The notes under the pieces were generated by a model that was given only the letters and a program-made list of their open reading frames with translations, had not been told where the DNA came from and made no database searches. Below, piece after piece: positions 13,209 to 21,266 of a DNA stretch of 21,637 bases (its first letter is position 1; the number at the start of each line of letters is the position of its first letter). Source of the stretch: a virus. The stretch lies in the IMG/VR virus record IMGVR_UViG_3300037558_003019. The stretch is one strand, 5' to 3'. Made by a program: the position numbers and the translations under genes.

Positions 13209-14513
13209 ATGCGGGAGATTCCAGAGCATGCTCTGAAGATAGTTGGAACTGTTCTCACAGTTGGGAAGCTTAATAAAAACGGATGGGCAATTCCGGAGGA
13301 GGAAGTGCCAAATGTTCTCTCTTCTCTGAGAAATGCAGTTATTCGTATTTGCAATGTTCCTCCCGGAGCTTCTGAACATGTATGCGACAGAACCGGAGAT
13401 CGCTTCTCAGAAATTGGGTTCTTCGTTGATGCATACAGAGAGGGAGACGAGATCAAAGCTGTCGGATATATCACGGATAGAGAAGCAATCAGGAAGATCA
13501 GGGACGGAACGTGGTCAAGAACGTGGAGCCTCTACGGCAACGGTGAGATTGGGGAGGATGGCTTCGCAAGGAGCGTCAGGATCCATTCAGTCACTCTTGT
13601 GAGAAATCCGGCTTATGAGGAGGCTCGTTTTGATATAGCTTCTGCTGAATCTCTCGGAAGAATCTGGAGGGGGGAGTATCAGGTGATTGAAGCTGGAGCT
13701 GTTCCAAAACACACGACCCCACTCTCGAAGAAGACTTCATGGGATGCTGACGCAGCGGTGAGGAGAATCAGAAAGTGGGCAAGTTCTGATGGATCTGGAG
13801 ACAAGGAGAAGATCAACTGGAAGAAATACCGTGAGGCTTTTGCTTGGTATGATGCTTCAGATCCAGAGAATTTTGGATCCTACAAGCTTCCACATCATGA
13901 TGTGGAGGATGGAAAACTCGTAGTCGTCTGGAGAGGAGTTGTTGCAGCCATGGCAGCTCTCATGGGTGCGAGAGGTGGGGTTGACATTCCTGATTCTGAT
14001 AGAAAAGCGGTTTACAATCATCTCGCTGCTCATTACGAGCAGTTCGAGAAAGAAGCTCCCGAATTTAAGGGGGAGATGAACGTGGAAGAGGAAAGAAAAG
14101 AAAATACGGAAGAAGTGGCAGCAGCGGAGGCTCAGGAGACTGAGACCAGTCCTGAGTCTCACGTGGACATCATTCCGGTTGCGGCTGCGAAGAAAGAAGA
14201 GATTGACATTGAAGCAATCAAAGCGGCTGTGAAAGAGGAGCTGAAGAAAGAAGCTCTTGTGGATGAGATCATCGAGACGCTCAGAGCATGTGAGCTCCTT
14301 GCTGATGAGGAGGTTGAAGTAAAGAGAGCGTCGCTCATGGCATCCTCGATTGAAGAGCTTGAGGCAGAGAAGAAGAGAGTGGAGAAGATCAAAACGAAGC
14401 TCTCCGCATCTGTGAACAAATTCTCTGAGACAAAGCTCGTTACTGATACGCTCGAGGCTTCTGGTCTCACGGTCGGATACTGGGATCCGGTCGAGAAAAG
14501 ATGGAAACCGTGA
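13209..14513 (+). CDS. Prohead protease / scaffold protein
   Basis: N-terminal herpes/HK97-type protease pattern (NKNGWAIP...H...WSLYG...VTLVRNPAYEEA), an extra helical domain, an acidic linker and a coiled-coil C-terminus. Located between MuF and capsid. Confidence 0.8.
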   Translation: MREIPEHALKIVGTVLTVGKLNKNGWAIPEEEVPNVLSSLRNAVIRICNVPPGASEHVCDRTGDRFSEIGFFVDAYREGDEIKAVGYITDREAIRKIRDGTWSRTWSLYGNGEIGEDGFARSVRIHSVTLVRNPAYEEARFDIASAESLGRIWRGEYQVIEAGAVPKHTTPLSKKTSWDADAAVRRIRKWASSDGSGDKEKINWKKYREAFAWYDASDPENFGSYKLPHHDVEDGKLVVVWRGVVAAMAALMGARGGVDIPDSDRKAVYNHLAAHYEQFEKEAPEFKGEMNVEEERKENTEEVAAAEAQETETSPESHVDIIPVAAAKKEEIDIEAIKAAVKEELKKEALVDEIIETLRACELLADEEVEVKRASLMASSIEELEAEKKRVEKIKTKLSASVNKFSETKLVTDTLEASGLTVGYWDPVEKRWKP

Positions 14514-14527
14514 GGAGGGAATGAAAG

Positions 14528-15043
14528 ATGGTGACAAAACCAAATAACAAGATTGTTGTTCAGGGAGAACCTCTCGTTGAGGAGTGCAAGGTAGAGAGTG
14601 CAACAAACATGTATCCTGGGAGGCTCGTGAAGAAAGGATCCAGCGATTCTCAGATTGTTGTTTGCGGAGCAACAGACATGCCAGTTGGATGGCTCGGTTA
14701 TGAGCAGGCTGCAGGTCCATATAAACCATCCGACGTTGATACAGCTTATTCTGCAAACGATTTCGCTCCAGTTCTGTATGGCGGAAAATTTGTGATCGTT
14801 GGGAGACTCGCAAGCGGAGAGGTTGTAAACAAGGGAGATCTACTCGTTCCAGCTGCAAATGGAGAGCTCAAGAAAGCTGAAACTCTGCAGATTGCATCTG
14901 GAGCAACATCTGTGACATCTACTGCTGCAAACGGAGATATCATCACAGGACACTATGGAGATGCTCCAATTGTTGCAAAAGCTCTCGAGAGTGTTGATGC
15001 TTCTGGAGGAGCACAGGATATTCTCGTTTTGAGCCTGATTTAA
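14528..15043 (+). CDS. Capsid decoration/cement protein
   Basis: Gly/Ala-rich beta protein (PGRLV...GDLLVPAANG...IVAKALE) immediately upstream of the major capsid gene. Confidence 0.7.
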   Translation: MVTKPNNKIVVQGEPLVEECKVESATNMYPGRLVKKGSSDSQIVVCGATDMPVGWLGYEQAAGPYKPSDVDTAYSANDFAPVLYGGKFVIVGRLASGEVVNKGDLLVPAANGELKKAETLQIASGATSVTSTAANGDIITGHYGDAPIVAKALESVDASGGAQDILVLSLI

Positions 15044-15056
15044 GGAGGTGTGAAAG

Positions 15057-15887
15057 ATGGCAATCCCGTCTGAATGGTATAAGCAAATTAAAGAGGACGT
15101 TGTGGTTCCCGCAAGAGAGCAGAACATCGCAAGGAAGATCGCTGCAGTGAGAGGACCACTCGGTCTTGGGGTGCAGCAATATGACTTTGACACACTTTCT
15201 GAGATGAGTGCTGCAGAGCTCACATATGCGTTCGTTACTGGCTCTGAGGATGCTCTGAACTTCACTCGCTCATCTGTGAAGATTCCAGTGCTTCACAAGG
15301 ATTTCAGAATCGATAGAAGAGATCTCGCATCTGCTGAGAGATTCGGACTGCCTCTGAAGACTGAGGCCGCTCAGGCAGCCGCATATCAGGTCACATACAA
15401 AGAGAATCAGCTCGTGATCATCGGAGACTCTTCAGCTGGAATCAACGGACTCTATAACGCAGCAGGAAATTCTGAGAGCACAGCACTCGATTTCGGTACA
15501 TACGGAAATGCTATCAAAAAGATCAGAGCTGCGATGTCTTTACTAATGGCGGACAAGATTTATCCACCATATAACCTGCTTCTTCATCCAACTCAATTCT
15601 CTGAGCTCTATGGATCCATTGACACAGCAAGCGGAGGATCGGTTGATGAGGCTGCAAGAGTGAAAGCGATGATCGGAGGAGACATCATCGTCTGTCCGTA
15701 TCTCACAGATGGTACTGGTCTGCTTCTTGCAACTCCAAGTCAGAGGAAATTCGAGATAATCATTGCACAGGATCTCACAGTTGAGGCTGATTTCGACAGA
15801 AACAAGAATGTCGTTGGTAAGGTTTTCGAGTGTCTTGTTCCAGTTGTCTATGACTCGAATGCGATCTGCAAGCTGACGAACATCTGA
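15057..15887 (+). CDS. Major capsid protein, HK97 fold, encapsulin/Linocin-M18-like
   Basis: IPVLHKDFRIDRRDL, ENQLVIIG, GINGLYN and PYNLLLHP in 276 aa. GGAGGTG RBS. Confidence 0.88.
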   Translation: MAIPSEWYKQIKEDVVVPAREQNIARKIAAVRGPLGLGVQQYDFDTLSEMSAAELTYAFVTGSEDALNFTRSSVKIPVLHKDFRIDRRDLASAERFGLPLKTEAAQAAAYQVTYKENQLVIIGDSSAGINGLYNAAGNSESTALDFGTYGNAIKKIRAAMSLLMADKIYPPYNLLLHPTQFSELYGSIDTASGGSVDEAARVKAMIGGDIIVCPYLTDGTGLLLATPSQRKFEIIIAQDLTVEADFDRNKNVVGKVFECLVPVVYDSNAICKLTNI

Positions 15888-15926
15888 TCGTGAATCGTGA
15901 TCTTTTGTTCACGGCTGGTGAACAAG

Positions 15927-16100
15927 ATGGCTGAGGAAGTCAAGAGAGATGAGAAGAAGAAAAAGAAAGTGAAAGTCAGGGTCACAGTTGGAACTCTGGG
16001 GCTCGATGGGAAAGCACATGAGAGGGGCACGATCATAGAGCTGGATCCAAAGCTTGCGGAGATGCTCATCCGTGAGGGAGATGTCGAAAAAGTAGGATGA
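15927..16100 (+). CDS. Small capsid-adjacent virion protein
   Basis: GGTGA RBS before ATG 15927. The RGTIIELDPKLAEMLIREG pattern is common in small post-capsid genes. Confidence 0.6.
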   Translation: MAEEVKRDEKKKKKVKVRVTVGTLGLDGKAHERGTIIELDPKLAEMLIREGDVEKVG

Positions 16101-16116
16101 AATGGGGGGAGCATAA

Positions 16117-16515
16117 ATGGCTTACTGTACAGCAGCGGATGTGGTTGCTCTGACTGGCTCCCCCCTCCCCACATCCACAATCGAATCAATCATCGCAATC
16201 GCTGATGATGAAATCGACATGGAACTTCAGAGAGCTGGGCTCTCGGTTCCAGCTCAGGTCCCAACGACGATTGAGCTCGCATCATTACATCTCTCAGCTG
16301 CGAAAGTTCTCGAAAGACAGAAGATTGATGGAACCTCTCCTGAAAGAGCTGATCTCGGGGATTTCTCAATCACAAACAAGCTCGATGAACAGATCAAAGC
16401 ATTCAAGGAGAAAGCAAAGAACTACATTGACGATTACATCAGATCCCAGCTTGGTGTTGATTATCTGTGTGTTTTTTCGAGAGTTAGAGATGTGACGAAT
16501 CTGGGAGATGAATGA
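16117..16515 (+). CDS. Head-tail adaptor (HK97 gp6 / SPP1 gp15-like)
   Basis: MAYCTAADV start, helical content and position. Confidence 0.8.
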   Translation: MAYCTAADVVALTGSPLPTSTIESIIAIADDEIDMELQRAGLSVPAQVPTTIELASLHLSAAKVLERQKIDGTSPERADLGDFSITNKLDEQIKAFKEKAKNYIDDYIRSQLGVDYLCVFSRVRDVTNLGDE

Positions 16516-16712
16516 AGATGAATGATCACGATCTACTCATCGAGCTGAGAGCAGATGTGAAGCATATACGCAAGAAACTCGATGACATCTGTGAGGAAAT
16601 AGGGAATCATGAACGAAGAATCGGTGAGCTCGAAAGATTTAAAGCGAAAATTATTGGGGCAGTTTCAGTTCTTTCAGTTCTTGCTGGCTATCTGACTTTC
16701 TGGAGGCACTGA
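16512..16712 (+). CDS. Coiled-coil plus C-terminal TM protein (XhlA/holin-like architecture)
   Basis: ELRADVKHI...HERRIGELE followed by a single TM segment. Confidence 0.55.
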   Translation: MKMNDHDLLIELRADVKHIRKKLDDICEEIGNHERRIGELERFKAKIIGAVSVLSVLAGYLTFWRH

Positions 16713-16713
16713 A

Positions 16714-17082
16714 ATGCCTATTGAAAACTATCTTCAGCTTCTGGATCCAACACTTATTCTTGTTATCCTCGGTCTCTCGAGCGGACTCGTTCTCGGGAGA
16801 TCATTCAAAAAGATCGATTTTGAGATCAAAAAGACACAAAAATTCATGAAAAGTTCAAAATTCAAGCAGTATTTGATTTCTGCTGCTCTCAACAGCATTC
16901 ATCACTTCCAATTTGGTCTTGCACTCATGTATTTTGCATATCGCTTCCACGGATCCATTGGAGATGATGGATTCACGTTGATGTATTCTTTTGGCTTTGG
17001 ACTTGTTGTCGATGACGCTCCCGATCTCCCAAGACGCTTCAGGAAATATTTCTCGTATCTTATAGAATCGGAAAAAAACTGA
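16714..17082 (+). CDS. Multi-TM membrane protein
   Basis: About three hydrophobic segments, with HHFQFG and GLVVDD polar motifs. Confidence 0.6.
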   Translation: MPIENYLQLLDPTLILVILGLSSGLVLGRSFKKIDFEIKKTQKFMKSSKFKQYLISAALNSIHHFQFGLALMYFAYRFHGSIGDDGFTLMYSFGFGLVVDDAPDLPRRFRKYFSYLIESEKN

Positions 17083-17129
17083 GGATCCATACAGGATACG
17101 AAGCATGCAAATTCAGGAGATGGGCTCAA

Positions 17130-17216
17130 ATGGGTTATATCTGCGAGAGAGATGGATTAAGATGTTCAGGCGAAGATCTCAAAATCTGTAAATCTGGGAG
17201 GGATTACTGGAGATGA
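17130..17216 (+). CDS. 28-aa Cys-containing micro-ORF
   Basis: AGGAGA upstream. MGYICERDGLRCSGEDLKICKSGRDYWR. The stop overlaps the next ATG (ATGA), and the ORF fills most of the intergenic gap. Confidence 0.4.
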   Translation: MGYICERDGLRCSGEDLKICKSGRDYWR

Positions 17217-17545
17217 ATGTTGATAATTTCATTGAAAATTTCGGAACTGATGTCACGCTGAAGAGTAGAAGCACAATTGTGGAAGACGATCTTTATGGGA
17301 CTGTTTCAGAGAGCTTTACAGAAAGTACAATTAAAGCAATCATCTCTCTCGTGAAAAAAGAAAAGAAGCTCGATAAACCCGGAGAAATTCCTGACTACGA
17401 TGCTGTTGCTTATGTGAAGAGTTCTGTTTCAGTATCTCCGAATGATGCAATCGTTTACGGATCTGATGAATTCAGAATTGTTGAGGTTGAGGAGGATAGT
17501 TTCAGGGGGGAGATCAAATTCAAGAAATTGAAGTTGAAGCGATAG
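17213..17545 (+). CDS. Head closure / head-tail joining protein (SPP1 gp16-like)
   Basis: FGTDVTL...DDLYG...NDAIVYGSDEFRIVEV beta-rich pattern and position. Confidence 0.75.
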   Translation: MNVDNFIENFGTDVTLKSRSTIVEDDLYGTVSESFTESTIKAIISLVKKEKKLDKPGEIPDYDAVAYVKSSVSVSPNDAIVYGSDEFRIVEVEEDSFRGEIKFKKLKLKR

Positions 17546-17559
17546 AGAGATGCGTTTAC

Positions 17560-17832
17560 TTGAAGAAAAGAGATGGAGTTCATTTTGAGATAGCCTACAT
17601 TCCATCTTTTCTTCATGATTCTGGGAAGATCTATCAGGGTGTTTTGAGGTTTTACATGAAAAAAGATCAATCTGATGAAGATCCTCCACATTTTGACATT
17701 CGAATTGAAGAGCTTCCATATCTCATCGAAGTTCTGAAAAGAGTTCTCAAACTCGATTTTGATGTTGTAGATGAAATTATTTCGAATTTTTACGTTTCAA
17801 AAGCAATTCCTGATCCAGAGGGTTATTTATGA
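17560..17832 (+). CDS. Hypothetical protein (start uncertain)
   Basis: TTG start, coupled to the downstream gene. No firm motif. Confidence 0.5.
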   Translation: MKKRDGVHFEIAYIPSFLHDSGKIYQGVLRFYMKKDQSDEDPPHFDIRIEELPYLIEVLKRVLKLDFDVVDEIISNFYVSKAIPDPEGYL

Positions 17833-18872
17833 GCGTTAAATACAGCTTCACGAAGGAGGAGCTCGAGGAAGCCTATCGTGAAGCTGGAAGTGTGAGAGGT
17901 GCAGCTGAACTATTAGGCATTCATCACGTAACTTTTCTCAGACATGCTAAGAAACATGGAATTAAGATTCGAAAAATCAGAAATCAGCACGAGAGAGAAA
18001 GACAAAAACAGTTCTTTAAGGTTATCGATCGGAATATCGGAGAACTGGATTTTGATGAGATGTTTGAGGCAATCATCAGAGTACAGAAGATGCTCGATAA
18101 ACACGACATCATGCAGGAGAGAGCAACCGTAAACGTAAATACAGACTCTCCGGTTCTCCTCATTCCAATTGGCGACATTCACATAGGAAATCGTTATGTG
18201 GATTATGAGGCTCTTAAGAGACACATCGAGATTCTATCAAAAGCTGAAAACGTTTTGATCATCCTGAACGGCGATCTCGTTGACAACTACAACACGTATT
18301 CCCACGACGGAGGAAGTCATGAAGCTGTGATGCCTCTACACATGCAGAAAGAGTTCACACGCAAGTGCATCGATAAGATCAAAGATAAGATTGTAGCGAT
18401 GGTCCATGGGTGTCACGAAGCGTGGAGCTGGAATTCTGATAACTTTGATTTCATTGATTATCTCGCAAGGGAGGGGAATGCTGTTTATCTCGGTCATGGA
18501 GGAGTTCTTCGGCTTAATATTGGAGGAGTAGAATACAAAGTTGTTGTGAGACATAAATATCGCTACAATTCGAGCTTTAACATGACTCATACATGTAAAA
18601 GACTCCTCGAGCAATACGAAGATGGGGATATTGCAATCGTCGGACATAATCATTCATATGCAATCGAACTCACGAAGATCAGAGGAGAGGAGAAAGTACT
18701 CATCAGGCTTGGATCATACAAGATTCATGACTGGTACACGATGAAGTGGGGATACAGAGATGCAGATCCAGTGATGCCAGCAGTGCTTCTGGATCATCAC
18801 GAGAAAAAGATGATGATCTTCAGAGATTTCGAGCAAGGAATCGAGTATATGAGGAGATTTAAAGATGAGTGA
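17829..18872 (+). CDS. HTH plus calcineurin-like metallophosphoesterase
   Basis: N-terminal GSVRGAAELLGIHHVTF HTH; GDIH, GDLVD, GCHE (GNHE variant), RH and GHNH motifs. Confidence 0.88.
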   Translation: MSVKYSFTKEELEEAYREAGSVRGAAELLGIHHVTFLRHAKKHGIKIRKIRNQHERERQKQFFKVIDRNIGELDFDEMFEAIIRVQKMLDKHDIMQERATVNVNTDSPVLLIPIGDIHIGNRYVDYEALKRHIEILSKAENVLIILNGDLVDNYNTYSHDGGSHEAVMPLHMQKEFTRKCIDKIKDKIVAMVHGCHEAWSWNSDNFDFIDYLAREGNAVYLGHGGVLRLNIGGVEYKVVVRHKYRYNSSFNMTHTCKRLLEQYEDGDIAIVGHNHSYAIELTKIRGEEKVLIRLGSYKIHDWYTMKWGYRDADPVMPAVLLDHHEKKMMIFRDFEQGIEYMRRFKDE

Positions 18873-19548
18873 AATCAAACTTTACCTCTCACATGGAATG
18901 GGTGTTAATTCTACTGCACTAATGTTAATGCTCGAAGATTTCGGGATAAAATACGAAGCCGTTTTCGTCGATACGGGTTGTGAGCATCCTGAAACTTATG
19001 AATACTTGAACTATCTCAGAGAACAGGGATATGAGATAACGGTTCTGAAGCCAGATGTGGGGGGGTTTGACAACCTCTACGGCTACTGTAAGCATTACCG
19101 CATAGTCCCAGGGCAATTCACGAGATGGTGCACATATAAATTCAAGATCAAAACGTTAAAGAATTACATCGAATCACCAGCTGTGATGTTCGTAGGAATT
19201 GCATATGATGAAAAACATAGAGCGTTCACAAAACCAGTAAAAAACGGTGTGATAAACGCATATCCTCTTGTGAACTACAGAGTTACACGGGAAGAATGTA
19301 TAAAGATTATAAAAGAACATGGGTTGAAAATTCCGAGGAAGAGCGGTTGCTGGTTATGTCCGTTTGCAAAAAAAGAAGAAGTCAGAGAGCTCTACTTGAA
19401 ACATAGAGAGCTATACGAGAAAAGAAAAGAGATAGAACGGTTGGCTTCAGAACGAGCAGAGAGGGAGATATACCTTAACTGGAAGAAAAAGACGGAAGAA
19501 CTCGCACATGAAGACGTTATAGACATCACAGTATTTTTAGAGGGGTGA
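18865..19548 (+). CDS. PAPS-reductase-like PP-loop protein (viral type)
   Basis: SHGMGVNST PP-loop variant, DTGCEHPETY, RWCT, GIAYDE, YPLV and SGCWLCPF. Confidence 0.85.
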   Translation: MSEIKLYLSHGMGVNSTALMLMLEDFGIKYEAVFVDTGCEHPETYEYLNYLREQGYEITVLKPDVGGFDNLYGYCKHYRIVPGQFTRWCTYKFKIKTLKNYIESPAVMFVGIAYDEKHRAFTKPVKNGVINAYPLVNYRVTREECIKIIKEHGLKIPRKSGCWLCPFAKKEEVRELYLKHRELYEKRKEIERLASERAEREIYLNWKKKTEELAHEDVIDITVFLEG

Positions 19549-19883
19549 AAATGAAAATTGAAGTGATTGGAACGGATGAAACAGTTGAATTTCTTGAGAT
19601 CAAACTTCGTGAGATCCCAGAAACTCTTGATAATCTTCTAGCAGAGGAAGTCTATTCGCTCGAGGCTGAAATTGTGAGGACTTCACCTGTAAGAACAGGA
19701 AGATACAGAAATGCATGGAGAACAATCAGAAGAAAGCTCGATTATATTGTTTACAACGATGTGAAATATGCAAAATTTTTGATTTTCGGAACTTCAAAGA
19801 TGCCTGTTAAACATAATGTGAGAGGAATTATTCATTCTTGGAAATTACGTCTTAAAACAAGACTCTCTTTCCTCTTCAGATAG
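19545..19883 (+). CDS. HK97 gp10-like tail/neck protein
   Basis: SPVRTGRYRNAW...YAKFLIFGTSKM motif. Confidence 0.85.
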   Translation: MKMKIEVIGTDETVEFLEIKLREIPETLDNLLAEEVYSLEAEIVRTSPVRTGRYRNAWRTIRRKLDYIVYNDVKYAKFLIFGTSKMPVKHNVRGIIHSWKLRLKTRLSFLFR

Positions 19884-19887
19884 TTCT

Positions 19888-19903
19888 TTTTCGGTATTAA
19901 ATA
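19888..19903 (+). promoter_or_regulatory. Putative late promoter, copy 4 (TTTTCGGTATTAAATA)
   Basis: Identical to copy 3. Predicts a start near 19927, ahead of the tail genes. Confidence 0.75.
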
Positions 19904-19926
19904 CCTCCAAGTGTTATTTTTCTTAA

Positions 19927-19959
19927 GGACCCAAGAGGGGCTTCTGGATCCAAGAGGGG
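19927..19959 (+). repeat. Tandem 14-nt repeat GGAYCCAAGAGGGG x2 in the predicted 5' UTR
   Basis: 19927-19940 and 19946-19959, one mismatch. Confidence 0.7.
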
Positions 19960-19964
19960 AGATT

Positions 19965-20381
19965 ATGGGAGAACTTGATCTCGAGAATGTGAAGAAAGAA
20001 ATCATCAGTGCATTACGGAGTAATATCACAGAATTTCAAAACAGAGTTTATCATGACTATCCAAGGACGGATCTCAGCGATTCATCTTTTCCAAGAGCAA
20101 CAGTTGATGTCATAGGAATGAGATTTGAAAGCTCAGCCCTTGGAGGCACGAAATTTTCGAATCTTCTTTTGAGTATCACGGTTTACGGATTAACGGCGCT
20201 TCAGGTGGATCAACTGATCTCAAAAGTGGATAAAGTAATGTTATCTACTGAATTCTCAAACTTCATCATCGTTTCTCCTGCGAACATCTCTCCAATTATC
20301 AAGGATCCAGAAAGAGATCGTAGATGGCAGAGATCGATTGATTATGAGCTCCTCAGGGTCTATAATCCGGAGGTGGTTTGA
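19965..20381 (+). CDS. Tail terminator / completion protein (SPP1 gp17-like)
   Basis: RVYHDYP...FPRATV...LSITVYG pattern. GAGGGGAG RBS before ATG 19965 (the track start at 19911 overlaps the promoter region). Confidence 0.75.
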   Translation: MGELDLENVKKEIISALRSNITEFQNRVYHDYPRTDLSDSSFPRATVDVIGMRFESSALGGTKFSNLLLSITVYGLTALQVDQLISKVDKVMLSTEFSNFIIVSPANISPIIKDPERDRRWQRSIDYELLRVYNPEVV

Positions 20382-21266
20382 TTGGTGCTTATTGGAAATC
20401 AGGTTGTTGAGTATGTTGAAGAAACCAATTTCGGAGAACTTCCATCAGATCCAGCGATGCAGTGGCTCGGTCTCGTGGAATCCTTCGAGGCGGGGATATC
20501 TGGAACCTATGAGACGATTAGACATCTTGCATCAAATGCTTCAACAGATAAACTTGCGGAAATCGTTGAGCAGAAAGTTGGTGAAAATCTCAGCATCTCA
20601 ATAGGCATGAGGCCTCAGGATCTCACATTCTGGTCTAAATACTGCCTTGGATCCGCAAGCGGAACTGCTGAAGCACTGAAGAGCATCTCGATTGGAAGAA
20701 TTACAGATGTTGGAGGCACGGATTACTTCGATGTGTTCAAAGGATGCGTTGTCAGGAGAGCATCTCTGAAATTCGAGCATCAGAAAGTTGCAACGCTTGA
20801 TGTTGAACTTCTTTCAGCAGATTATACAGAGCCGGGAACGAGTGATTACGTTGGCCTTGGATCTCATGCGACAAAATCCACATCTGCACCGCTGAAGTTT
20901 GATGACATCTCTGCCGCAACACTTGGAGGAGCAGACATCACTGATTACGTGAAAGCAGTTGAAATCAATGTTGAGTATGAGCTGAAAACAGTTCCAGATA
21001 TCGGAGCGAACACAAGTACAAAGATTGTTGCAATCATTCCAACCTCAAGAACGATTAAAACATTGCTCACGATGGACTTCGAAGATCTCAGCATGATTTC
21101 TGCTGTGAGGAATGGAACGAAACAGGATCTCGTTCTCACAATTGGGGCAAACACCGTGACGGTAAAAGATGTCGTGTTCCCCAAGGTGACATTCCCGCTG
21201 AAAGCTGATGATCTCATTGAAGAAACGATTGAGAGTGGAGTATGCACAGCAATAACGGTGGCATGA
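20382..21266 (+). CDS. Major tail tube protein
   Basis: YVEETNFGELPSDP N-terminus, beta-rich, GGAGGTGG RBS, located between terminator and chaperone. Confidence 0.8.
   Translation: MVLIGNQVVEYVEETNFGELPSDPAMQWLGLVESFEAGISGTYETIRHLASNASTDKLAEIVEQKVGENLSISIGMRPQDLTFWSKYCLGSASGTAEALKSISIGRITDVGGTDYFDVFKGCVVRRASLKFEHQKVATLDVELLSADYTEPGTSDYVGLGSHATKSTSAPLKFDDISAATLGGADITDYVKAVEINVEYELKTVPDIGANTSTKIVAIIPTSRTIKTLLTMDFEDLSMISAVRNGTKQDLVLTIGANTVTVKDVVFPKVTFPLKADDLIEETIESGVCTAITVA

Noticed and set aside
13857-14858. 333-aa minus-strand ORF
   Set aside because: Shadow of the protease/scaffold gene, with low-complexity L/F/S/R composition produced by antisense GAA/GAG codons. The same reasoning applies to the other nested antisense ORFs in the track.
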